Part shown: positions 54,961 to 64,000 of the stretch, piece after piece | How positions within the stretch are numbered: the stretch's first letter is position 1 | How the letters are laid out: each line of letters starts with the position of its first letter | DNA from: Sanchytrium tribonematis | Taxonomy: Eukaryota | Direction: 5' to 3' | Assembly (NCBI GenBank): GCA_018985235.1 | Contig: JADGIG010000007.1 | Coordinates: forward strand, 1-64,000 | DNA: 64,000 bases | The notes under the pieces: generated by a model | Seen by the model: only the letters and a program-made list of their open reading frames with translations | Databases searched by the model: none | What the model was told of the DNA's origin: nothing | Program-made: the position numbers and the translations under genes

Positions 54961-55972
54961 ATGTTTCGCCCTGATGAGATTCTTAATCAATTTTTATCCA
55001 ATACAGGTCAGATAACTAGCGACTGGGTCCTTCCAAGCTTTGGAGCTATTCCTAAAAAGACTCTACATACTCCTGATGATATAAATAAATGGAGCAAGAG
55101 TAAAGGCCTTGGCTTATTATTGACAACCTTATTACAATTTACTGATTCTGTTGAAGGTGTGACTGAAATACCTGCTAAATTATCGGAAGAAACTAAAATT
55201 ATTCTTGACTTCTTCCACAAGATTAATTTGATGACTTTAAAATTGGGAAATCAAGTAGAATCAAGCGACGACATCAGATTTGGGAATCCAAAGGTGATGG
55301 ATCTTTACAAATGGATTTATGACAACACTCCGGTACATTTAAACAGTTTATCTACTGTTAAAACAGCATTAAAAGAGGAACTATTTTATTATTTCAATAA
55401 TTCATTTGGTTCATCTCGATTAGACTTTGGAAGTGGTCATGAACTTTCTTTTTTGGCATTTATGACTATTATTTATAAATCAAACGAAAACGCAGACTTT
55501 TCACGCGAGCTTGTTCTTGTGATTTACTCGCAATACATCACTCTGATCCGCGGCATCATTAAAATATTTCATTTAGAGCCTGCAGGTACTACTATCTTAA
55601 TTAGGGAGTCATGGAGTGTGGGGAGTTGATGATTATTACTTATTACCATACTTATTAGGTGCCTCACAATTATGCAACTCAAGGCTAAAGCCATCGGATA
55701 TCCACAATCCCGAAATTTTATCACATTTTCAAACTAAAGATACAAAATTATATTTATATTTCGATGCTATAAGATATATAAAGAGTAACAAAACTGGACC
55801 ATTTTTCGAGCATTCGCCCATGCTCAATGATATTTCAAATTCAAAAAATTGGGTCAAGGTAAGACAGGGAATGTTGCGCTGGTATATCATGGAATGCTGC
55901 ACTAAATTTGTAGTTGTACAACACTTCTTCATGGGTCAAATTTTTACTCTCGAAGAATATGTGCGAAAGTAA
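54961..55972 (+). CDS. PTPA: PP2A activator PTPA (Rrd1/2); exons 54961-55585 and 55605-55972
   Basis: RFGNP, RLDFGSGHEL, spliced LEPAGSHGVWGVDDY, K.GPFFEHSP.L, KF.VVQHF. Confidence 0.95.
55586..55604 (+). other. 19-nt intron (PTPA), phase 1
   Basis: gtactactatcttaattag; restores EPA-G-SHGVW. Confidence 0.96.
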
Positions 55973-56024
55973 ATTGGTTTTGTACTTTTTGTGATGTGAA
56001 CTTTTTAAGGAGTAAACACAAAAT

Positions 56025-56591
56025 ATGTCGGATATTGAATCAAATGAAAACGATTTTGAACTAATGCAAAAAGAAGCGAAATACATCCCACCGATTTTAA
56101 AAACAGACGTAATTGAAGGTATTGGCAAAATTCAAAACATCATCGGAAACCTATTTACTATCATTGGTGAATTGAATGAAAGCATCTACGAGGATGCAGT
56201 GATAGTGAATGCTGAAAAGCAAGTAATTGGCCATATAGTAGATATTTTTGGTTCATATGATGGTGCTTGCAATTATTGCTGTGCAAGGGCTTCTAACTGC
56301 GAAAATATAGTGTGGGATTCATTGATCGATTCAATTAAATGTAATAAAGAGGTATTACTCTATGCGGTCCAGTCTCTGTCAATTAAACTAGATAAATTAG
56401 AGATAAAAGAGAAACAAATTGAGGATGAAGGCTTCTTTCAAAATATAAGCGAAGATAGTGAAGAAGAATCAATTCATTCTGATGTGCAATCCACGTTTCA
56501 TTTCGATAACCTCACAGCGCAAGACTATCAATCAATTTTAGACAATGTAAATAAGATGAGTGGTGTCGGATTAGATCAAAATCTTAGCTGA
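56025..56591 (+). CDS. Naf1/Gar1-domain-like protein
   Basis: IGKIQNIIG, VIG.IVDIFG, acidic SEDSEEE tract. Confidence 0.5.
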   Translation: MSDIESNENDFELMQKEAKYIPPILKTDVIEGIGKIQNIIGNLFTIIGELNESIYEDAVIVNAEKQVIGHIVDIFGSYDGACNYCCARASNCENIVWDSLIDSIKCNKEVLLYAVQSLSIKLDKLEIKEKQIEDEGFFQNISEDSEEESIHSDVQSTFHFDNLTAQDYQSILDNVNKMSGVGLDQNLS

Positions 56592-56631
56592 TAGTATTTA
56601 TAGACACTCAATAATAAATTCAGTGCAATTG

Positions 56632-57363
56632 CTATAGCAGGTTGTTTTTATTTAAATTTAATTCATCTGTGTGGAAAGGTTTAAACGCGTAAGGTAAATT
56701 AATGGAATTGTATGCGAATTTCGGACCTTTGGTTGCCAAGAGTTCCTCAGCAGTCAAAGAATTCTCACTTAGTTGATTGGAATATAGCATAGGGTACACT
56801 TTAGATACCAAATCTACAAAGACTGCGATCATTTTGGCGTTACTTTTTCGATCGCCCTTTTTAATGAGCTTTTTGGTATCTTCCCATAATATTGGAAATT
56901 TCTCAGAGAAAAGAAATCGATGGCATTGTGCCAGTGGTGTTGGTAAAAATCTATCGACGTTAGGGTGTAAATTATTTAAGAAATCCTGAACGCTGAGACG
57001 ATAATAATAATAACAATCAATATTATCATAGGGTATGATACATTCTAATGGAAAAAGTTGGATTTTGTCGATATATTCTCGCATATAGGTCCATTTTAAA
57101 GTCAACTTTTTTTCCTTTACTGGAGACGATAACAAAGACTTGCGCCTAATCTCGAGATGGGTCAGATAGTATGTTCCAGGTTCTCCCAAGGTAAATGGTT
57201 GTGACTCATCTTGCCATTCAATTGTGAACTCGAACAATTCTGAACGGAGCAAAAAATGCTTACCTTCTTTTTGATGTTTTTTTGATATGATAGTACAATG
57301 ATCATCTGATTCGATCTGGATGGTGTATTTGGGAACTTTTGGTTTAATGTAGAAGTCCATCAA
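56632..57363 (-). CDS. Hypothetical protein
   Basis: 243-aa ORF, no recognised motif. Confidence 0.6.
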   Translation of the reverse strand: MMDFYIKPKVPKYTIQIESDDHCTIISKKHQKEGKHFLLRSELFEFTIEWQDESQPFTLGEPGTYYLTHLEIRRKSLLSSPVKEKKLTLKWTYMREYIDKIQLFPLECIIPYDNIDCYYYYRLSVQDFLNNLHPNVDRFLPTPLAQCHRFLFSEKFPILWEDTKKLIKKGDRKSNAKMIAVFVDLVSKVYPMLYSNQLSENSLTAEELLATKGPKFAYNSINLPYAFKPFHTDELNLNKNNLL

Positions 57364-57398
57364 ATTTAATATATAGCAGTAATTTCAAGGAGTTGCAA

Positions 57399-59313
57399 AT
57401 GTTAAATTATTTGTCTGCGGCTTTTAACGCATTTGGTATAGGCAATTTTAAAAGCCAAGTAGTTGGCACTCTCTATGAAAAAATCAACAAGCTATCTGTA
57501 AAATTCAAAGATTGCGAGTTAGAAGTTCAACAGCATTCAAATAATCTTTATCAGTTGGTTATCAGCAAAATTTATGATCAAGATGAAGAGTTTTCAGATT
57601 TTGATGAGTATGTTATCCTTCTTCGCTCTGAAATAGAATTAAAAGAGACTTCGGGAGGCTTCACTTGGATTGATGATGGGATTGAAATGGTTTTTATGAC
57701 AAAAGACTCCAGTATCCTTCAAAAGCTTCAAAATCACATAAATATTTATGAGGATGATAAAATGAAAAGCAAGTCAATTTATATTGAAAGTGCTCAAAAT
57801 ACGGCTCCTTTAAATATATCTGGAGACGTCATGCTCTCTTGCGGTATTAATTTATTTACCTTTAACGTGAAAGATTCACTATTTGAGCCAATATCAGAAA
57901 AAGAATTCAAATTAGAAGTCGTAAAAAGTCAAACAGGATCTTTTATGAAAATCAGTGGCGAACATGACATCTGCACCAAAATTGAACATTCTATGAATCC
58001 CTACTTCAGTCAAGAAAAGTGGTGCTTTTTGTGGAACCATTTTGATAAAGTCTTGGTGAGTATGGCGGCTGTCTTCTCACCTAAGGATTACTCAACGTTT
58101 AGATCCATACTACAGAGAGTCTTAATTGAACAACAAAATCTGTTAATCACTCCAGATGAGATCCAGTACGCTCAGTCTGCTCTAATTGCTGAAGATATGG
58201 CATATGAAGAAGGAGTTACTGCAGATGATAGCTCTAGCTCTGAGACTGAGTCCGAGCCTGATTTGATCGGAGAGGCCAATGTTGCAAAAGATAGAAATAA
58301 CAAGCTTACAACTTCTCTCAGAAATTATAAAGCATTTGTTAGCAGGGGTGATAAAATTGACTCGTACGACACAAATTCTAAAGTTCAGAAATTAAGGACA
58401 AATTCTTCCAATTTTACTCCTGACAACATACATCTGCATGAAAATGAACGGAAGCTTCTAATGTTTGACAAAAATCGCGTCTCTTCTATGGATTTGGAGA
58501 CCGGAAAAGTGGTTGAGGAATGGGATGCTCCTAAAAATTTGAGAGGAATTAGTTCTTTGACCAAATCGTCTCAATTAACCAATGAACAACAATTTTATGG
58601 AATAACCAATAATGATGTGTTACTAATGGACCCTCGATCAAGAAATTTGGCTTCACAGACCACATCTTACAAGTCAAACCCAAATTTCACTGCAATTAAG
58701 ACAGGCGGCAAGGATGATCAGATTGCAGTGGCAAATGAGCAAGGAGAACTCAAATTATACAACAAGTTAGGAATTCGTGCTAAGACAAATCTAAAGCTAG
58801 CTGGAGGTATTTATTTTTAATGAAGAACCAATATTAAGTTTAGATATATCAGAGAATGGGGCTTGGATAGTAGCGACTTGCAAGACTTTTCTAATGTTGA
58901 TAGAGGCTGATCACGAATCCACAAGTGGTTTTTCAAAATCAATTCCAGTTAAACACAGGAAACCACCTATTAGACTTACCATTCGACCTGATCATGCAAT
59001 GCAGCTAGGCCTTCAGAAAGTCAATTTTACTCCGGCCAGATTTGATACAATTAATGGCAAGGAAGAGAAATACATCGTAAGTAGCACAGGAAATTATCTT
59101 ATAGCATGGTCGCTAAAGAAAGCGAAGTTAGGTAGGAATGATTATCAAATCAAAAAATATTCAGAAACAATAGTCGGAGAACAATTTCACAAACCAGGAC
59201 AAGTTGTCGTGGCCTTATCGAATCAATTGGTACTAGCCAACAAACGAAATTTTATGACCCCAAAAAAGATTTTTGCGGATCGTGACAGCGTCACTAAATC
59301 TTATAATAAATAA
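57399..59313 (+). CDS. VID27: Vid27 family protein; exons 57399-58806 and 58826-59313
   Basis: FVSRGDKI, MDLETGKVVEEW, DPR, RAKT.L; spliced GEPI..LD.S.NG.WIVATC, FTPARF. Confidence 0.92.
58807..58825 (+). other. 19-nt intron (VID27), phase 1, AAG acceptor
   Basis: gtatttatttttaatgaag; restores G-E-PIL. Confidence 0.9.
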
Positions 59314-59316
59314 TTA

Positions 59317-60003
59317 CTAACTTAATAATTTTTTTATTTCGTTCCTATTCAAAGGAACCGCTGGACTTTGCGTTGATTTGATAAAAATTTGCTTAATAAA
59401 ATTATTTTCCAGTGTGGTTCCACTGAGCTCATTAACATATTTAAACAAGGAAGAAAGATTACTCTTGATTTTTTGAAAATCCAAATTAGTGTCACCCAAT
59501 ACAACATCAACTATGCCATTATTGTCTATCATTTTGGAAGATTTCCTAGAAATATCGATGGCCGCTTGAAGGTCTCTAGTCACTGTACCTTTCTTGGTGC
59601 TCGGCATTAAATTTTTTGTACCAAGATATTTACCCAATTTGGTGAGTTCTTTAAAGTTGCTTTCATAACAAATCAAGTTTGTAAATTCATGTTTAGACAC
59701 ATCATCCAAATCAGATATTTTAATTTCAGCATCAGTCTTATTTATAACATCCAGTGGCCCATACACCGCTACAACTGATTTTTTCGCTTTAAAATATTCC
59801 AGAGGGAGTGTACTAGTCAATTTTATCCTTTTGAACATTTTTGTATTGTACATAAAAGTCACATTTACCACTTCAGTATCAGTCGCGAAAGCCTTGACCA
59901 TCAAGTAAGCATCCTCGATGGTCGCGTTTGGTTTATCTAACTTCTTCAGAAGTCTACTTCTGCTCCTGTGTCCACGTAATAAATTAAATTTTCGAAGAAA
60001 CAT
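59317..60003 (-). CDS. MRPL1: Mitochondrial ribosomal protein uL1m
   Basis: LGKYLG.KNLMPS.KKGTV, NL, I.STQSP; basic N-terminal presequence. Confidence 0.8.
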   Translation of the reverse strand: MFLRKFNLLRGHRSRSRLLKKLDKPNATIEDAYLMVKAFATDTEVVNVTFMYNTKMFKRIKLTSTLPLEYFKAKKSVVAVYGPLDVINKTDAEIKISDLDDVSKHEFTNLICYESNFKELTKLGKYLGTKNLMPSTKKGTVTRDLQAAIDISRKSSKMIDNNGIVDVVLGDTNLDFQKIKSNLSSLFKYVNELSGTTLENNFIKQIFIKSTQSPAVPLNRNEIKKLLS

Positions 60004-60018
60004 GGAGGTTTTCAAAAT

Positions 60019-61881
60019 TTATTGAATATTTCTCGACGATAGATATTTGATAATAAATTCATTTATGTCGCTTGGATTATCGATCCATTTTGATTCATCC
60101 ATAGATACACAGCGCCAGCCAGAAATCCCATAAAATTTAGGTCTGGGATAGTTCAGATTCGTTATTTCACCATAATCTTGGTAACCTTGAAAATTGCTCG
60201 ATGAGATTTCTCCTGCATATTTTATGAGGTTTGCATGAAAGAAGGAAGCCTCGCCGTCCATATAATGCACCATGGCATGTCCGCATTTATACTGCTTGTA
60301 AACAAAGCCATACGATTTCATGAAGGATGGCTCTATGAATATTGTGTTCATTAGGTACTTTGCAGACCATCTCACTACATCCTTGTCACCAAAAAAGAAA
60401 TCCATCCAAAATTTATGGTCCATCAAGATCAAATAAGAGAGAACTAAAGTCTGTAAATGTTGACTTTTGTTAACCAGCCATTGCCCAGCCTCAATTTCCA
60501 ATTCATTCATACATTGTACCTCAAATATATCGAAAATAGGATTTTCAAAGTTGGTTTTCCACATATCTTGAAATAATACGAGCCCGTGCTCCAGGTAATT
60601 TCTATTTAGAAAAAGAGATGAAGGGTCTTTAATAGGGGTGCAATCTGAATCCAGATACAAAATGTTTTCGAAATTGCTTGCCAAAATGGCGGCAAGTTTG
60701 TAGTGATAGTTATTTTTAGCCTCTGAAGTTAATTCAATTCCAAGAAGCCCAATTTTCGAGAGAGAAATTACATTAACATTGGAAACTTGTTCCAGACTTT
60801 TTTGGTTGGTTGAGTTGATTTCATTAAAATGAAAGACTTGAATTGGCAGAGTAGATTTAAGTTGCTCACGAATAAATTTTACATTAAAATAAGTTTCATT
60901 GAAAACATTGTCGTACGAAAGCATTACAATTCCTTGTTCTCTCGTGCTTTTGGGTAATGACTGTAAGGAATCCTTGTTCAGCAAACTCAAATATTTTTTC
61001 AGCCTTATTTTACCTTCAAAAATAATTTCATCTCTATTTCTCCATAAATACGAAGATGGCTTTCCATCAATTTGGTACGAAGGTACATTTCCACAGCCAT
61101 TGATACACAAGTTAGACTTTTGTTTAAGAATTCTGAGATAAAATTCCGGTAAAGAAAGTGCTTCACTTTCAAAGTCATTACAACTTTTGCTTGAATTAAA
61201 ATTCATGTAACCTTTTGGTATCTTCTTAAACGAATTCACAGAGCCAATATGTTCATTCGAAAGCCCAGTAATTTGCTGAATTATTAATGGTTTCGAATTT
61301 AACATATATACCATAGAAAATCCACAAAATTTTAATACATGCCTTCCAACCAAATGAGAAGGCTCCAAAATTGGAGTGACCAAAGATTTTAAAAATTCGT
61401 TATATGTCATACTACTTTTGAATTCTCTTTCAAAAATTTCAATGTCCAGAACGATTGAATACTGGCCTTCTAGAATCCCAAATCTTATTGAACGTTTTTT
61501 GCTGAATAGTTCATGCTGAATTATTACTCTTGGATTTCCAAGAAATTGAAAATTAGGACTTAAAATAAAAAGCTGTGAGCATTTTTTTTCAATTGCCCTA
61601 GAATACAAATTTATAATTTCTATAAACTCTATGCTATGTGCATCAAACGTGTCAGTTCTTAAAGGATGGCCATTTGGTAATACAAATGCATGATCAATAT
61701 AATTTGCTAGAAAGTAATCGTTTAGATAATTGAAAAGGTAAGAATTATTTTCTTGAACCAAACATAAGACTTGTTTCTTCCTTCTTAGGAAAGAATTCGA
61801 TTCTTTCTCAGCCATGTTTTGTGGTAATAATGCCATAATTGATAAAATAATGACTATGGAATAAAGGATTTTAGTATACAT
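60019..61881 (-). CDS. Alpha-mannosyltransferase (MNN/GT71-like)
   Basis: N-terminal TM, S.LPIQVFH, K.AAIL.S.FE.ILYLDSD, D.WK, E.GQ.LVNK, GDKD. Confidence 0.85.
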   Translation of the reverse strand: MYTKILYSIVIILSIMALLPQNMAEKESNSFLRRKKQVLCLVQENNSYLFNYLNDYFLANYIDHAFVLPNGHPLRTDTFDAHSIEFIEIINLYSRAIEKKCSQLFILSPNFQFLGNPRVIIQHELFSKKRSIRFGILEGQYSIVLDIEIFEREFKSSMTYNEFLKSLVTPILEPSHLVGRHVLKFCGFSMVYMLNSKPLIIQQITGLSNEHIGSVNSFKKIPKGYMNFNSSKSCNDFESEALSLPEFYLRILKQKSNLCINGCGNVPSYQIDGKPSSYLWRNRDEIIFEGKIRLKKYLSLLNKDSLQSLPKSTREQGIVMLSYDNVFNETYFNVKFIREQLKSTLPIQVFHFNEINSTNQKSLEQVSNVNVISLSKIGLLGIELTSEAKNNYHYKLAAILASNFENILYLDSDCTPIKDPSSLFLNRNYLEHGLVLFQDMWKTNFENPIFDIFEVQCMNELEIEAGQWLVNKSQHLQTLVLSYLILMDHKFWMDFFFGDKDVVRWSAKYLMNTIFIEPSFMKSYGFVYKQYKCGHAMVHYMDGEASFFHANLIKYAGEISSSNFQGYQDYGEITNLNYPRPKFYGISGWRCVSMDESKWIDNPSDINEFIIKYLSSRNIQ

Positions 61882-61925
61882 AAATTTAAAGGTCACGTCG
61901 CTAAAAAGTTACAGTTTATTTTGAT

Positions 61926-64000
61926 TCAATTGGCCGACCCTGGAGTTCTAAGCTCTATCACACAGTCATCGGATATAGTTTCAGGAAGTAAAGGAATATC
62001 TTTAGACTCAAAAATTTTGTCAAAATTTTCAATCAAGAATGTCACAAAGTCATTTGGCTGATTGTCGAAAAAATTGTTAGGATCGTCCTTGAGCTTTATA
62101 AGTGTTGGCCCAAAAACAATGCCGATATTCCTAGGATTCATTTTATTATATTCTTCAAAAGAAGCTACCCTAAATTAGATCAATTTACCTTTGCAGATGT
62201 TGAATAAGGTAGTATAATGTATAGTAATGAGATGGTAGTAATTTTTTAATGGAATTTTTAAAAAAGATTAACGAATCATCGGAAGGTTTAGGTTCCTTGA
62301 GAATATATACTGTTGTTTCATATATGTCTGTAGAAATAAGTGGGATTTTCAAATCTCGGAAATAAGCTTTTAAAAGAGACGATACTGAAAGAACGTCGAT
62401 GAGATCATGCGCCATGTCAATGGTGTTACCTTGTTCCCACTCATCTTGCATATTCTTCATTTCCTTCATCGCACCAGCCCTTCGATAAATTCCCTCAGTT
62501 TTTAAACCTTTTTCATCAACAACTCTCAAACAAGCAGTTACAATATTAGGAATTGGTTTGCCCTCGAAGTCCGCTCTTTCTTGCAAAAATCCACCGAAGA
62601 GGACAACTTTTTGTTTCTTTAACTTAGCAATAGCCAAGCCTTTCAATTGTTTTGCACGCAAAGATCCCTCCATGAGTCTTAAAGTTTTAGCTCTGTTAAT
62701 ATCTTGTGGTTGATCGTCTTCATCTTGTTTTTGCTTTTTGATAAGATTATTTGCTTTGTCTCTCCAAAACTCTTTCTTGCCTTTATCTTCAGCTAAATTA
62801 CTGTTTGAAACATTCTCGAGACTTTCCCTAGAGCCTTTGGCGTCTATATCATGTTCTCTTGGTGATTCAGGACTTGTTGGTTGCTGAAATTTTTCAGATT
62901 TTTTAGCTGTACTTACTACTTCATTTTGTCTGAACTTACAGACTTCGTATTCCTTTACTTTTTCACGAATTTCTGTCAGAATTGTGGCTTTGTCGGCAAT
63001 CAAGGATTTAATTTCGCTAGTTAAAGTATTTTTTTGCTCTTCCAATGGTGCCAGTAACGATAACAATTTCGCTATTTCGGAGTCGGATGCGATAACTCCA
63101 TTTTCAGCTCTCTTTCTCAACATTTCTTGTAAGACTTTACACTGCTTCTCAGACTGATTTCTCAAATTTTCCTCATATTTAGAGTCAGATTTTTGTTTTT
63201 CAAGTTCTGAAAGCTTGACATGCAATTCACCAATGAGTAGCTCATATTTGAGCTTCAAATTATTGTAATCGGAGGACTTGTCTTCTTTTTCTTTAGCTAT
63301 AATTTCATGTTGTTTTTTTATTCCACTGATATTTATTTCCAACGACCTTAATTTCTCCAAGTCAAACCTATGCTCTTCTCTTTCTTTATCCAAATCTTTT
63401 ACTACTTTAATAAATTCGTTGTCCAAAGTTGATAATTGCATTTGAAGCCTAGAGACTTTTTCTAATTGGATTTGTAAGGATATTTCTAAATCTTTCTTTG
63501 ATTGAGTTAATTGCTTGAGTTCTTTGCCAATTTCTGAATTAAAAGAACTCAGTTGCTGTTTCGTTTTGGTTTCTGACTCGGCAGTGTTTTTAAATCCCGA
63601 TAATTGTAGTTCATAAGAATGAATTATTTGTCTTGATTCATCAAGTTGTTTTTCAACTTGAATTTTAGACTGTCTTACCAACATTAATTCATCTTTTAGC
63701 TCTTGCAACTGGTCTTCCAAGTAGGATTTAGTTTGCTGAAGTTCTGAAAATTCCTCAATTGTGCAAGAATTTTTTTTCAATTCATCAAGATGATACAATG
63801 CTTCTCTGTATCGAACTTTCTCTAATTCCATGCTATGTTTATAATGATCGAAATCCTCTAAAGCCTTACGACTCAAGTCTTTCAATTTTTTCAGCTGTTC
63901 TTGGAGCTCTATATTCAAGGCTTGTGATTTTTGAAGTTCTTTTTTAGCATGTTCGTGCTCCTCATTGCGAGATTGCTTCGGAACCTCTGTTGTTTTAAGA
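61926..64000 (-). CDS. Coiled-coil RhoGAP, 5' end outside the window; last exons >64000-62189 and 62169-61926
   Basis: IP.IV..C, GL.TEGIYR, SLLKAYFRDL; spliced HLQRV....NKMNPRNIGIVFGPTL. Confidence 0.92.
62170..62188 (-). other. 19-nt intron (RhoGAP), phase 2
   Basis: gtaaattgatctaatttag; restores HLQ-R-VASF. Confidence 0.95.

Overview
Extremely compact, AT-rich eukaryotic nuclear DNA using the standard genetic code, with about 55 protein-coding genes in 64 kb and many intergenic gaps of only 3-45 bp. Gene content mixes fungal-type families (VID27, MNN/GT71 mannosyltransferase, Cla4-type PAK, Ino4-like bHLH) with genes lost in most Dikarya (MICU, EFCAB9, LAMTOR5-like). This suggests a reduced, early-diverging zoosporic fungus or close relative; the placement is inference and was not tested. 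The main signal is the splicing system. By restoring conserved protein motifs I reconstructed 17 GT-AG introns: 15 are 19 nt and 2 are 20 nt, and all carry T at -8 and A at -6 from the 3' end. No gene has more than one detected intron, and every intron lies within 500 nt of the stop codon. Other notable items: two near-identical inverted Rac copies (one with a 321-nt in-frame deletion), a TAF2-multi-bromodomain fusion, an EFCAB9 (CatSper sensor) homolog, MCU plus MICU, a paralogous C2H2/C2HC zinc-finger pair, and recurrent GCCAAT and TTGAAA motifs upstream of starts. I recognised no tRNA, rRNA, transposon or CRISPR array. Product calls rest on motif recognition only; no searches were run.
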